In this document: positions 1 to 13,378 of the stretch, one piece after another
Layout of the letters: every line of letters begins with the position of its first letter
Numbering within the stretch: position 1 is the first letter of the stretch
NCBI RefSeq assembly: GCF_046119375.1
Contig: NW_027362761.1
Coordinates: forward strand, 1,035,028,001 to 1,035,092,000
Length of the DNA stretch: 64,000 bases
Origin: Phyllobates terribilis
Lineage: Eukaryota
Reading direction: 5' to 3'
The notes under the pieces: generated by a model
The model's database searches: none
What the model saw: only the letters and a program-made list of their open reading frames with translations
Told to the model about the DNA's origin: nothing
Program-made: the position numbers and the translations under genes

Positions 1-270
1 ACTAATTGAAGTCGATGCGTTAGCTGCCATCCATCCAACAACGGCTTCAATTTGGTCCTCCCGCAGCAGTGGGGTACGTCTAGCTCCTACAAAGCTGCGC
101 ATAAAGGACTGTTCCCTGGTAAAACTGGGGGATGCTGAGTCACTGGTGTCCGCAGCAGGCACAGAATCCCCACGTCCTCTCCCTGCAGGCACAGAATCCT
201 CACGTCCTCTCCCTGCAGAAACTCCACGCCCACGACCACGACCACATGCCTTACTCCCTGCCTTCTTCAT
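1..270 (-). CDS. N-terminus of a probable hAT transposase (partial, continues beyond the window)
   Basis: ATG at 270 and 90 open codons, MKKAGSKACGRGRGRG...EQSFMRSFVGARRTPLLREDQIEAVVGWMAANASTSIS. The basic G/R-rich start resembles the 49076 transposase. No catalytic motifs are in view. Confidence 0.5.
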   Translation of the reverse strand, partial: MKKAGSKACGRGRGRGVSAGRGREDSVPAGRGRGDSVPAADTSDSASPSFTREQSFMRSFVGARRTPLLREDQIEAVVGWMAANASTSIS

Positions 271-1538
271 CTTGGTAGACTGATAAAGATAGGCAGAAAA
301 GTACTAAGGGCTTAGTGTGCTTATTCCTGAACAGCTGCTAACAGGTATAAGAAACACTAATTTTATAAAGTGTGGACTAGACTTTAATATGAGCTAATGT
401 GGCCTACACAACTGTAAAGTGGAGTGTTTTGTGAACTTTATTTAGGTTTTTTTTGTCACAAAAAGACACTGGATGTGCCCAAAGATGTAACACCGATAGT
501 ATCACAAACTTTTTGTAGCTATTACAATGCAGGAAGGTAACCTACAATGCAATAGATGAGGCTACAAAAAATAGGCTAATACTAATCTGGCTGGGGCTGC
601 AGGGCACAATGCTGCAGAAAGGCTCCTCTATCTACTCCTATATAGTGTGTTTGGAACCAATGTAGCTGAATACGGATGGAACCACCACACTAATAGGAGA
701 AATCAGGAAAAATGATCAATTAGCAAAAAAGGACAATGTATGAGGCAGTGACGCACGCTGAGCGCACTACAACCAGACGTGGCTGAAGCACACACTACAG
801 CGTGAGCTGCACTCACACACAGAGACCTTGCAGACAGGCGTGAACAGTGCAGATGCAGAGCACTGTGCACTAGCGCTGCAAGACAAAAAAAAATTCTCTA
901 TCTACTCCTATATAGTGTGTTTGGAACCAATTTAGCTGAAAACGGATGAAACCACCACACTAATAGGAGAAATCAGGAAAAATTATCAATTAGCAAAAAA
1001 GGACAGTGTATGAGGCTGTGACGCACGCTGAGCGCACTACAACCAGACTTGGCTGAAGCACACACTACAGCGTGAGCTGCATTCACACACAGAGACCTTG
1101 CAGACAGCGGTGAACAGCACAGGGAACTGTGCACTAGCGCTGCAAGGCATAGCGATTTATAAAGTAGCTTGGGTAAAGCAGAATAGAGCAAATAGGTAGC
1201 TAAAACTGTCCCTCAGAACAACAGCGTCCTATCCCTAACTGAATTCACAGCAGAGTGAGCTCAAAATGGCGGCGGCGGCTTTTATAGTGCATCATGACAT
1301 CATTTCAGCAGCCAATCACAGCCATGCCATTAGTTAACATGCCTACATGCCTAACAGGATGTGCCCACACTTCTTAGGATCCTCATTGGCTGAATAAAAT
1401 GAAACTGGCTCATTGCATTATGGGAACTTCTGATTCCGGTATACGATATTCTAAAAGTATCGGAATTAAGTATCGGAATTCCGATACCGCGAATATCGGC
1501 CGATACCCGATATTTCAGTATCGGAATGCTCAACACTA
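1..1538 (-). mobile_element. 5' end of a hAT-type DNA transposon running off the left window edge
   Basis: Ends in GCTCAACACTA (1528-1538), the same terminus as the hAT at 62352. Subterminal TATCGG/CCGATA motif array at about 1435-1525; about 270-bp direct repeat pair (626 and 896); open frame on the - strand from 270 to the edge. Confidence 0.65.
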
Positions 1539-1689
1539 CTCATAATTCTGCACAATTCCACCTTCTTTAGAGGTGAAAGTGGGCCCCCTTACCTCCTGGG
1601 CCCCTGTGCGGTTGCACAGGTTGCACCCATGATATGTCCGCCCCTGATCCTTGTCTTCATCTTATAATAATTGCTCCATCCTTGCCTCT

Positions 1690-3420
1690 ATCTTATAGTA
1701 ATGTCCCTGTCCGGGTCCCATCTTATAGTAATGTCCCCATCCAGGTCCCATCTTATAGTAATGTCCCCATCTTATAGTAATGTCTCCATCCTTGTCTCCA
1801 TCTTAGAGTAATGTCCTCATCCTGGTCCCCTTCTTACAGTAATATCCCCATAATGATCCCCATCTTATAGTAATGCCCCCATCCTTGCCCGTTTCTTACA
1901 GTAATGTCTCCACCCTGATCCCAATCTTATACTAATGTCCCCATACTGGTCTCCATCTTATAGTAATGTCAACATCCTGATCCCCATCTTATAGTAATGT
2001 CTCCATCCTTGTCCCCATCTTATAGTAATGTCTCAATCCTTCTCTCCATCTTATAGTAATGTCCCCATTCTGGTCCCCTTCTTACAGTAATGTCCCCATC
2101 CTGATCCCCATCTTATAGTAATGGCCACATCCTTGTCCCGATCTCATAGCAATGTCACCATCCTGCTCCCATATTATAGTATTGTCCCCATCTTAGTCCC
2201 ATCTTATAGTAATGTCCCCATACTGGTCCCATCTAATAGTAATGCCCCCATCCTTGTCCCCATCTTATAGCCATGTCACCATCTTGGTCCCATCTTATAG
2301 TAATGTCCCCATCCTGGTCCCATCTTATAGTAATGCCCCCATCATGGTCCCATCTTATAGTAATGTCCCCATCCTGGTCCCATCTTATAGTAATGTCATT
2401 ATTCTGGTCCCATCTTATAGTAATGTCTCCATTCTTGTCTCCATGTTATAGTAATGTTCCCATCCTGGTCCCCTTCTTACAGTAATGCCCCCATCCTTGT
2501 CCCCATCTTATAGTAATGTTCCCATCTTATAGTAATGCCCCCATCCTTGTCCCCATCTTATAGCAATGTCACCATCCTGGTCCCATCTTAAAGTAATGTC
2601 CCCATCCTGGTCCCATCTTGTAGTAATGCCCCCATCCTGGTCCCATCTTATACTAATGTCATTATCCTGGTCCCATCTCATAGTAATGTCTCCATTCTTG
2701 TCTCCATGTTATAGTAATGCCCACACCCTGGTCCCCTTCCTACAGTATTGTCCCCATCCTGATCCCCATGTTACAGTAATGTCCCCATCCTTGTCCCCAT
2801 CTTATAGCAATGTCTCCATCCTTGTCTCCATCTTATAGTAATGTCCCCATCCTGGTCCCCTTTTTACAGTAATGTCCCCATCCTTTTCCCCATCTTATAA
2901 TAATATACCCATTCTGGCCCCATCTTATAGTAATGTCCCCATCCTTGTCCCCATCTTATAGTAATGTCCCCATCCTTGTCCCCATCTTATAGTAATGCCC
3001 CCATCCTTGTACCCATTTTATAGTAATGTCCCCATCCTGGTCTCTATCTTATAGTAATTTCCACATCCTTATCCCATCTTATAGTAATGTCCACATCCTT
3101 GTCCCATCTTATAGTGATGTCCCAATCCTGGTTCTATCTTAAAGTAATGTCCCCATTCTGGTCTCATCTTATAGTAATGTCCCTATCCTGGTCCTATCTT
3201 AAAGTAATGTCCCCATCCTGGTCTCTATCTTATAGTAATTTCCACATCCTTATCCCATCTTATAGTAATGTCCACATCCTTGTCCCATCTTATAGTGATG
3301 TCCCAATCCTGGTTCTATCTTAAAGTAATGTCCCCATCCTGGTCCCATCTTATAGTAATGTCCCCATCCTGGTCCCATCTTATAGTAATGTCCCCATCCT
3401 GGCCCCATCTTGTAACAATG
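1690..3420. repeat. Minisatellite, 30/31-bp unit CCCATCTTATAGTAATGTCCCCATCCTGGT, about 55 copies
   Basis: Direct periodicity; explains the ORFs at 2212-3453. Confidence 0.95.
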
Positions 3421-5030
3421 ATCCCCATTCTGCTGCTCTTTTCATACACATAAAAAAATTCATCTCGCCTGACCTCGCTCCTTCGGAAAACAGCGTCCTA
3501 TTCCTCCTCTATAGTCGGGGCGCTTAGTAATGACATCATGTGCAGCCGTGCCGCAACGTTGACATCAGCTGCTGGCCTCTTATTGGCCGGTGGCTGTTAT
3601 AGATATTGTGGTGCAGAGAGCCGGTCTCTGGGCACCAATACAGTTCAAATTAATGTGTGGCCGAGAACGCACATTCAGTTGACAACAAGCACTGACGTCG
3701 GCGGGCCCCTGACTAACTGGGTGCAATTGTCTCAGGGGCCCAATAATAGATAATAATGGTGGGATAGAAGCTTATTCTTTCCTCCATATAAAACATGATG
3801 AGTCCCCAGATATGTAGTCATTGTATCTGCAGAGAGAGGAGCAGATGTCACAGACAATGGCGGCCTCCATTACGACCTTTCTCATCTCAGAATTTTCCTT
3901 TTTGTTTCCTTTCTTCTTTATAGGCTGAAAAAAGATCTCAATATGGAGATTTGGCTTTTATTAAAGAACTGGCCGAAAAAGTCCTGTGTGTACTGGAATG
4001 TCCGGCCTGCTCATCGGAACGCCCGGTAAGGAGCCATCATCTTCTCTATCACACGTCCTTGCTTTTTGATCTTCTCCAGATCACCGGTCAGATCTCAGAA
4101 GATCTGGTTTAGTCCTTCCTAATTTAAGGATTTGGTGATTTAGAGGAAGGTTCCACATATTAATTACATATATTATATCAATCAGGAAACACCAGAAGGC
4201 GACACCAAAGATGAGCAAAGTCTAATCCCGGAAATCCGTGATCCTAATATGAATCAGCTGGAGCTGAACAGCGATCTGATTACAGGTGAGCGATCACCCG
4301 ACCTTCTACAAGGAATATCCAGATTTGACAGAGGACGGGGGATAATGTTAGATTTACTCTCTACCCTGTGTAATGGGAACCTGTCAGCACACGCCACATA
4401 GAGAAGTGGTGGTAATCCAATGTGTCAGTCAGGAGACATGTAACATAGAAGTCATATACAAATTAGGATGGAAGTGCACTGGGGCGTGGAAGAAGAAATC
4501 CAAGGGCAGTGACATGCTCCCAGTGCACTTCCAGGCTAATTTGCATATGGCTGCTATGCTTCAGCTCTCTTCCCATCAATCGCATGTGCAGAAAGGGTGG
4601 GGGGTTCCTCATTCATGTGGTGATTGGGGTCCTCCATCATTTACATTACATTCATCTATGGATGCGCCGTACTTTCCCATATTAGAATCCCCATATAACG
4701 AGTATTAATCCCATTCACAGATGTCTTGTCATTTCTCTGTTATATTGCTGTATTATCTAGGTAGGATTAATATAGTTTATTACATTATATTTCTTTATCG
4801 TTTTATCACTATTTTAGAAACAGCTGAGTTGTCGGATCCTGACAGTGTGATCTGTGAGATCCCAGAGATCCAAGAATCAGCTGAAGTAAGTATCATAGAG
4901 GGAGATGTCTGTGTATCACCGGATCATGGGGTGTGAATGACCCGTCCAGTATTATCCCCATATAACCCCGGGACGTCTCTATTCTAAAAGGAGATGACAC
5001 AATTGCGTTACATAATAGCATTTATATTAT

Positions 5031-5420
5031 AGGGAACCTGTCACCAGGTTTTTGCTACTCATCCGAGAGCAGCATTATGTAGGGGCAGAGACCCTGATTC
5101 CAGTGATGTATCAATAACCTTACTACGGGCAGCAGTTGTGATACAATCCCTGTTTTCTCAGCTGCAGATCTGACAGTGCTTTGAGTGCTGAGCCCTGTAT
5201 GACCCCGCCCACAATAGTGATTGGAAGATTTCTGTGTCTTACCACACCCACACAAGTGATTGGCAGATTTCTTTATATAACCCGGTCCACACACGTGATT
5301 GGCAGCTTTCTGTGTACACTGTGCATAGGCAGAAGTCTGCTAATCAGTGGTGGTGGCGAGGTTACACAGAACAATAGGATTACATGATGTGAGACAGATA
5401 GTCCTCTAGTGACAATCTCC
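5031..5420. mobile_element. T2/Kolobok-type MITE remnant; second copy at about 28661-28965
   Basis: Begins AGGGAACCTGTCACCAGG. The duplicated copy begins TTAAAGGGAATCTGGCAAC. No clear right end. Confidence 0.45.
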
Positions 5421-6159
5421 TGCTGATAAAACACTGATTTTATTGAAGAAACCACAAGCTGCCATTGTTCTCAAGATGGCGCATGATTTGTGCAGTTACA
5501 ATTCGTGCATCTGTAAATGCAGGTTTACTCCTTCCTGATTTATGTATTTGGTGATTTAGTGACATCTTTCACATATTAATTACATATATTATATCCATCA
5601 GGAAACAGCAGAAGGCGACACCAAAGATGAACAAAATCTAATCCCGGAAATCCCTGACCCTTATATGAGTCAGCCGGAGCTGAACAGCTATCTGATTACT
5701 GGTGAGCGATCACCCGACATTCTACAAGGAATATCCAGATATTTCCAGACACATTAGACTTCTCACATTTCCAGCCCTGTCCCATCTATTCCCAACCTGC
5801 ACAAACTCCTCATCCTGCTGATACCTCAACACTGAGCCTCTGCTGCCGTATGTGTCCCTATTACTGCAGCTGCTGTGAGGTACAATAACAGGGATCCTGT
5901 TACTGCCCCACATAGTAATGCCACCACTGTGACTCTTACAAAGTAAAATGCCCCCTTTGTTCCGTCTAGATAGTAAAATTGCCCCCTAGAAATTATCATT
6001 GCTCTGTGCAAGTGTCCTAGAAAAGTTTCCACATTTTGCCCCTAGGAAGTGATAAAGTCCCCATAGGGACCTTTGACGGTCACAATACTCTGAGTGCCCC
6101 TATAATAATAATGCTCAATTGCCCATTTAACATTTAATAATGTCCCCTGAGTCACCCCA

Positions 6160-7248
6160 CTACAGCTCCTTTATACACAGTATGATGGACCCATAGCTCC
6201 CCTATACACAGTATAATGCCCCCACAGCTCCACTATATACAGTATGATGGGCCCACAGTTCCCCTATATACAGCATGATGGGCCCACAGCTCTCCTATAC
6301 ACAGTATAATGCCCCCACAGCTCCCCTATATACAGTATGATGGGCTCACAGCGGCACTTTACACAGTATGATGAATACACAGCTCCCCTATACACAGTAT
6401 GATGAGCACACAGCTCCCCTATACACAGTATGATGGGCCAACAGCTACCCTATACACAGTATAATTGGCCCACAGCTCCCCTTTACACAGTATGATGGGC
6501 CGACAGCTCCACTATACACAGTATGATGGACCCACAGCTCCCCCATATATAGTATGATGGGCCCACAGCTCCCCTATACACAGTATGATGAGCACACAGC
6601 TACCCTATACACAGTATGATGGGCCAACAGCTACCCTATACACAGCTACCCTATAGTATAATTGGCCCACAGCTACCCTATACACAGTATGATGGACCCA
6701 CAGCTCCACCATATATAGTATGATGGGCCCACAGCCCCCCCATATACTGTATGATGGGCCCACAGCTCCCCCATATACAGTATGGTGGGCCCACAGCTAC
6801 CCTATACACAGTATGAAGGGCACACAGCTCCCCTATACACAGTATGATGGGCCGACAGCTACCCTATACACAGTATAATGGGCCCACAGCTACCCTATAC
6901 ACAGTATGAAGGACCCACAGCTCCCCCATATATAGTATGATGGGCCCACAGATCCTCTATACACAGTATGATGGGCCCACAGCGCCACTATACAGCGTAT
7001 GATGGACCCACAGCTCCCCCATATATAGTATGATGGGCACACAGCTCCCCTATACACAGTATAGTGAGCCCACAGCTCCCCTATACACAGTATGATGGGC
7101 ACACAGCTCCCCTATACACAGTATGATGAGCACACAGCTCCCCTATACACAGTATAGTGAGCCCACAGCTCCCCTATACACAGTATAGTGAGCCCATAGC
7201 TCCCCTATACACAGTATAGTGAGCCCACAGCTCCCGTATACATAGTAT
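6160..7248. repeat. Minisatellite, 31-bp unit CCCACAGCTCCCCTATACACAGTATGATGGG; target of the Gypsy insertion
   Basis: Direct periodicity; a unit remnant GTATGATG resumes at 28228. Confidence 0.95.
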
Positions 7249-8192
7249 TGAGTCGGACTACAGGGGAGGGGTACTCGGATACCGGGATGGATGGGTTACT
7301 TTTGTGGGGATCACGGTTGGTCGGTTCCCGGTTCCGTGCCCTGGACCGTCAGTAAAGGGATGGGGGTGAGGATGATGGGAGTATTGTGTCCTGACGCCTC
7401 CTGTGGTAACTGGTAAAATCGGTTACCAGCGCTGTGTATGGTTGCTGAGGTTATCGGCATACGGCTTGTACGAACGCTATAGGCAGTAATGTCAAAGTAG
7501 GCACACACACACATTAAGTCTTTGTTTCAGTACCTTTCTTTTACTGATGTCCGGTAACAGGTACAGTTCAGGAGGGTAACCAGGTTTTCGGTGCAGGTAG
7601 AGATATTCACCCTGGAGATTTGTGAGGCCTCCTCTCACAATGTGTGCGTTGTTTGGGATCAGTCCTGCCTTAAGCTGAACCTGCCACCTTTTACTTTCTT
7701 TGGGGTCCTTCTCCACAACTGACAATGAGGACCTTTCCTTGGGGCTACCAATTCTCTTTCTGGGCCCCTGGTCCTATACTTGGTCAAGTTTGGCAACTCT
7801 TTCCCCTTCTTCTTCAGGGGGAGTAGATCCTCCTGATCTGTCCGGGTTTTCTATGCTATTCCTGAATTAATAGCAATCTCGGTCTCCGGTGCCCAGATGA
7901 GCTAAAGGGATAATAGTTTTATCTCTTTCTTTCTCCCTCTAGCCTCCGTCCCTCTCTCTAGGGCGCTTCACAACACAGACCTGTTTCCTAGTTCAGGGCT
8001 TCACTGGTCCTCGGCCAACAGCTCTCTGTCTCTCTCCTCCTTCACCCGTCTCTAGACTAACTGCCACTTTGCTGTCTCCCTGGAAACTGACTCCTCCCCT
8101 CAGACCTGGGGTGGAAGGTGTTGTGTGTGCCCAAGTGTACATCTCTCCCTGCACCTATGGATCCTGTGGTAATCCCCCGCAGGGGTGCCACA
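7249..8192 (-). repeat. Gypsy-1 3' LTR
   Basis: Direct repeat of 27284-28227 with at least 12 substitutions (hand count, about 1.3%); adjacent PPT at 8193-8207. Confidence 0.97.
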
Positions 8193-9058
8193 TTCCCCCC
8201 TAGTTAATTTCAGTCCTCCGGGACTGAAAGATTTTTTTTGTTAACAAAGATAACATAACATTAACATTTATATTTGTAATTTGAACAGAGTCTCAAAAAT
8301 AAAATTTACAAAGACCATGGATAATGGGAAAGATGGATAACCAGTCCATACAACGCTAGTCAATCTTCTGCAGGCTGTTAAAGGGAAAGTCTTTTTGCCA
8401 CCACCAGTCCTGTGGCTTCGGTCCATTTTTAAACAATTTTCAAAAAGTTTCAGACGTCCAAACAGGTAAAGTCTCTTTAGGCTTAATGATTCAAATAGAC
8501 TTAATAATTCACAATACACAACAAAACATTTACTATGTGCCTCGGCGCAAGGGTCCTAGGTACTGCAGGGGCCTCTCCCGGTCATAAGCACTGTAGGCCC
8601 TTTGGCCCTCAGGGTCACCTATTGGCCAAGATTTTGCTCTCCCTAGACAGCTTCTTACGCCAACTCTACTCACCCCTTTTTTTTTTATGTTGTGTACCCG
8701 GTGTAACCTGTTTTGGTCTACTCGTCACCCTTCTATATACTGACTTTAACTACATATTTACATTTTTGAACCTATTTACATTTCCCTTTTGTTATGGTTT
8801 ACTCCCTGTATCTGAGTGGTGGGTGTCTAAAATTAATACGTGATGACCTCCGTAAAACTGGTATCCCACTGGTGCGTAAGCCTGGTGTGGAGCGAACACT
8901 ACTTACTGACTCATGTGTTGGTCTACGTAGCACAGGTATGCCGGAGTGTCTTCCCACTCCCCTAGTGAGAATGGCAGGTACTCCGATTGCAGGATTCCCT
9001 GGCTCGGCTACAGCGGGTGGTTCTTCTTCTCTTGATCCTTCTACTGGTTGTGGGAATG

Positions 9059-10970
9059 TCAACAAGGGAAGATTGTCTTAATTGTCCTTGGCGTCTCTTC
9101 TTCTGGTATGGGACAAGGGATATATTCTTTTTGTTGTAAGGGTTGAGGACACTTCTTTAAGTGGTCTCGGGACACTGTTGCTGTTGTTTTTCCGTTATCC
9201 TTGCTGATTAGACAGGTTTTCTGGTTGTCAAAATTGGATGGTAATACAGTGTATGGTTCTTCTTCCCATTGATTATCTAGCTTATGAAGTCTCTTTTTCC
9301 TTTTCAAAACCAATTCTCCGGGGGTTAACGGGATTCCTTGTGCATTTTTATTGAAATTGGTTTCTTGTCTTTCTCTGGATTTTGCTAGACTTTTTTCAAC
9401 ACACTCCTGTATTTTCTTGTATTGCTCTGTTCTTCTAGTATCCCAATCTGTACTTGAGGAGTCTTCCTCAGGAACTACAATGCCCATTTCAAAGTCCACT
9501 GGCAATTTTCCTGGTCTCACTCTCATTAAGTATGCCGGGGTACAATTAGTTGAGCTTACTGGGATGTTGTTATAGATGTCAATCAGATCTGGTAATTTCT
9601 CTGGCCATCTGTTTCTGTCTTCCAAGGGCAGAGTCTTCAGCAATTCTATTACCACGTGATTCATTTTTTCGTACATTCCGTTAGTTTGGGGATGGTAAGG
9701 CGTGGTACGAATTTTCTTGCATCCATACAAGCTACAGAACTCTTGAAATATTTCCACTTCAAAGGCAGGATCCTGATCTGTCAATACTTGTTCTGGATAT
9801 CCATGTGGCCTGCAGAAATAAGCTTGAAAGGCTCTTGCTGCTGTCTGAGCTGTCAAGTCCTTCACAGGAGCTACCACTAGGAATCTGGAATAGTGGTCCA
9901 CCATGGTAAGAGCATAAGTATAGCCTGATCTACTGGGTGTGAGTTTGACATGATCCAAGGCTACTAGTTCCAAGGGCTGTTTGGTCATGATAGGCTGGAG
10001 TGGTGCTTTCAGGTTGTTACGATCTCCTCTTCTTAATGAGCATGGGCCACAATTTTTACACCATTTTTCTATGGAAGACCTCATGCCAATCCAATAAAAC
10101 CTCTCATGTAACAGTATTTCCAGTTTTCTCCATCCAAAGTGTCCTGCTCCATTATGGTACGCTTCCAATACCATTTGGACGTCTCTCTTTGGAACCACAA
10201 CTTGCCATACCATTTCATGTGTCCTTGGATTGATATACCGTCTGCACAATTGGTTTTTATAGATAAATAACCTGCTTCTTTCTTTCCACAGGTATTGGGC
10301 CTCTGGGGGAGCATTCTTCTCAATTTTGGAATCCGGTTGGGTTACCAGCCTCTTCACTAGGCTCACTGCCGGATCGCTGTCTTGGGTTTCTTTCCATCCA
10401 TAATGAGGCAGCGGGTTTAGTGCAACATCCTGACGGTTCTGGTAGATATGGGTTTCTGTCATTTTCCATTTTCTACTTTTATGGAAAGCTGGAAGTTCTA
10501 TTTCCTCCAAGTCATCTGTTTCTTCTTCAAGCCCTTGCAAATGTACTTGAAGGTTTCTGGAGAGGGCATCAGCATTTTCATTTCCACGGCCTGTTCGGTA
10601 CTTGATAGTAAAGTCGTAGTTCGATAGCCGGGCCATCCAGCGCTGCTCCAATGCACCAAGCTTTGCAGTATCCAAGTGTGTTAGCGGATTATTGTCCGTA
10701 AAGATGGTAAATTTTGAAGCTGCTAAGTAATGCTTGAACCTCTCCGTGACTGCCCACACCAAGGCCAGGAACTCCAACTTAAAGGAACTGTAATTTTCCG
10801 GGTTCCTCTCAGTAGGTCGAAGTCTTCTACTGGCATAGGCAATTACTCTTTCCTTGCCTTCTTGTATTTGGGACAGTACTGCTCCCAGGCCTACATTACT
10901 TGCATCTGTGTAGAGGACAAATGGTAGGTTATAATCTGGGTACGCCAAGATTTCCTCACCGGTCAGGGCC
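9059..10970 (-). pseudogene. pol: Gypsy-1 pol, 3' part (RNase H and integrase)
   Basis: LYTDASNVGLGAVL, ELVALDH, VDHYSRF, HPQTNG and the HHCC zinc finger. Joins 24004-25032 in frame once the Maverick and one TSD copy are removed. Confidence 0.95.
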
Positions 10971-11554
10971 AGTAGTGTAGCAGCCCTATCTTTCGTCAAA
11001 CTCAATTTGACAGGTGCCACGCCCCCTATCAAAGTGTATCAAAGTGTGTAGCCACACCCCTCCTCCCCCTCCCCTATCAGTACGTGTGTTGTATCTTATC
11101 ATTTTATATGAATTTTATATGAGTTTGATGATGGTATCTGATTATTTACTCTTATTTGATAGTGTATGAGTTTATATGAATTTTATTGTTCCAGCAGATC
11201 TGTGTTTATATGAATTATATGGGCAAGTTACAACTACCCCCAAGTATATAAAGTGTGTGTTTTATACGGATGTAAAAAGCAAAGACACAGTAAAAGTATT
11301 AAACGATTTTATTGTTTTAAAAAATAAATACATCTCAAAGACATTTCAATAATATAAAAATCCTTACAGAATATTATAAAAAGTATCACAAGTACAATTA
11401 ATATACAGCATTACAATTCTTACAAAATAATATAAAAAGTGTTACATTCACATGTACCAAAATGCATGTAATAATAATAATATACATCATTACATTTCTT
11501 GCAGATTAATATAGAGCGTTACAATTCAGTCAGATCATTTATCCAATACATCAC

Positions 11555-12325
11555 TTACATCGTGAGCCACATGGATTGTAGTAATGGTAGAGACCTTTTT
11601 TTAGGCAGCAAAGTTCCTTGTGTGATACCTAATGATGGAGAGTGTAAAGATTGAATAGCGCGGGTCGGTGTGGATAGCGTCCGGGGTGTAGATACATCGA
11701 TACCTTCACTGATGGAAATTTTTAATCCATCTAAAAGCTGTCTAGTAGCGGGATTGGCCACAACTGTAGATGGAATATTTAGCTCTGCCATTGCCTGCAT
11801 AAATGAATCCCAACCCCGAGGCAGATTCCTGCTGGTCAGGGCATGGCTCTGTGTTGTACTACGTACCAAATCCAGCAAGTTAGATCCTGGTATTACAGTT
11901 CCTTTGAAAATAAATTCGCTTTTATCATTCCAGGATGTAACATTTTTATTCTGCAGCAGCCTGTTTAGTAAAAATTCAGCATTCTTTTTATATCGTTGGT
12001 TTACATGGCTTACAATTTCAGTGACCTCTTGATTTTAATCAGGGCCTGAATTTGGCAATTGCTGCTGATCAGATTCAGGAGTGCTAACGAGATTTAAAGT
12101 TGTTACTTCTTTTGAACTGTGCCTCGCATGTACCAAGTATCGTTGTAGCACGGAACTATACATTTTAATTTTCACATCATCGGGTATGTCACGACGTTGT
12201 AAAACTGCGCTAATTTCATCATCAAGACGACGAATAACACTCTCACGTATGTTATCTGTATTAGGGGGTCTTAGTTTGACTAGATCCTGTTTGGGAACTA
12301 GATACATTTTCTCTGTGTGCTCCAT
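11555..12325 (-). pseudogene. Maverick conserved accessory ORF (256 codons) with one in-frame TAA, left arm
   Basis: The ORFs 12035-12325 and 11555-11878 are one frame across the TAA at 12035-12037 (SGPD*NQEVTEIV...GSNLLDLVR). Confidence 0.75.
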
Positions 12326-12735
12326 TATTTGCCTGTGAGCAGACTTGTTATTATCGGTATTGCAAATCCGAAAAGAGGACCTATAAACCCGCCGGTCTGC
12401 TTTAGTAGGCGCTTCTTTTTCTTTATGGGCTGCGATCTATCACTCAGGGTTCTTATAGCTTTACGCCACTTCTTTAATATGTTTTTTTGTCGCTCTTTCA
12501 GGGGTATTCGGCCTTTTAAAATGTTTAAAGCAATTTCACCTATGGCTGTAATTAAATCTCTGCTTGCATTGTGCAAAATAGATTTTCTGACAGCGGGTGT
12601 TGCCTTCACCAGTGTTTTTAAGAGAGCCCAGTTACGACGGAGTCTCTCAGACATCTTTACAACACTATGGCCGCAGTGTAGAATGCCTGATTCCATGTAA
12701 AATTCACTTTTTAGAACTATTTTTCTTCTGCACAT
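12325..12735 (-). CDS. Small basic Maverick protein with a C-terminal GG-FIGPL amphipathic tail (adenovirus pX/pVI-like), left arm
   Basis: K/R-rich body ending KQTGGFIGPLFGFAIPIITSLLTGK; conserved slot after the ATPase. Confidence 0.7.
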   Translation of the reverse strand: MCRRKIVLKSEFYMESGILHCGHSVVKMSERLRRNWALLKTLVKATPAVRKSILHNASRDLITAIGEIALNILKGRIPLKERQKNILKKWRKAIRTLSDRSQPIKKKKRLLKQTGGFIGPLFGFAIPIITSLLTGK

Positions 12736-13378
12736 AGACAGCGGGCAATGCTGGTGGAAACATCCCCGTCCTTAAGCGCAGATCCTCAGGGGTATTAGCT
12801 CTCAAGTCTAACAGCAAATACCCATAAGGTTCCCTCGTTGCATCCTCAAAAGCTTCCAAGAAAAAACGTGTTTTTCCGGGGTACATCTGACGGGCTAGAG
12901 TTAAAATTTGTAATTTATCTCGTGGATTTTTAAAAAGCACCATGTACTTTGTGTTTAAAGTTATTGTGCGGCTTTTCTTACCCTGACAAAATATGTTTTG
13001 TACCAGGTAGAAAATGCTGAGATTTCTGTGGTGAACATACTTGGTAAATGCTTTTTCTATCTCGCAGTTATCGCTAGCACTCTCCATGAGATCATCAACA
13101 ATAGCCAAATTTACCTTGTCAGGCGGGAATAAACCATCATCTACGAATGTATGCGGCAGACCCTCCACAAATCTGATGTGGGGAAAAGAGAGAGAGATTT
13201 CATCATATAGTTTTTGCCAGCATGAATAAAACCAAACAATATTATTGTGTTTGTGAGAAAAATGAGTTTCAATATTATGTAACAGCTGTTTTACAAAATA
13301 GCTCTTTCCGGAATTAGACGGGCCGGCTAGAATGCAGGAGAATGGGTGTTGTAGCCGCGGCTCCATCACAATACTCAA
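12704..13378 (-). CDS. FtsK/A32-like packaging ATPase, left arm
   Basis: Walker A GPSNSGKS, Walker B AIVDDLM, HHRN motif. Confidence 0.92.
   Translation of the reverse strand: MSIVMEPRLQHPFSCILAGPSNSGKSYFVKQLLHNIETHFSHKHNNIVWFYSCWQKLYDEISLSFPHIRFVEGLPHTFVDDGLFPPDKVNLAIVDDLMESASDNCEIEKAFTKYVHHRNLSIFYLVQNIFCQGKKSRTITLNTKYMVLFKNPRDKLQILTLARQMYPGKTRFFLEAFEDATREPYGYLLLDLRANTPEDLRLRTGMFPPALPAVYVQKKNSSKK

Noticed and set aside
2212-3453. Ser/Pro-rich ORFs
   Set aside because: Translations of the 30-bp minisatellite.
10971-11032. Apparent Maverick-TIR/Gypsy-integrase fusion ORF (9059-11032)
   Set aside because: The listed start is TTG inside the TIR; chance read-through with no ATG or expression evidence.
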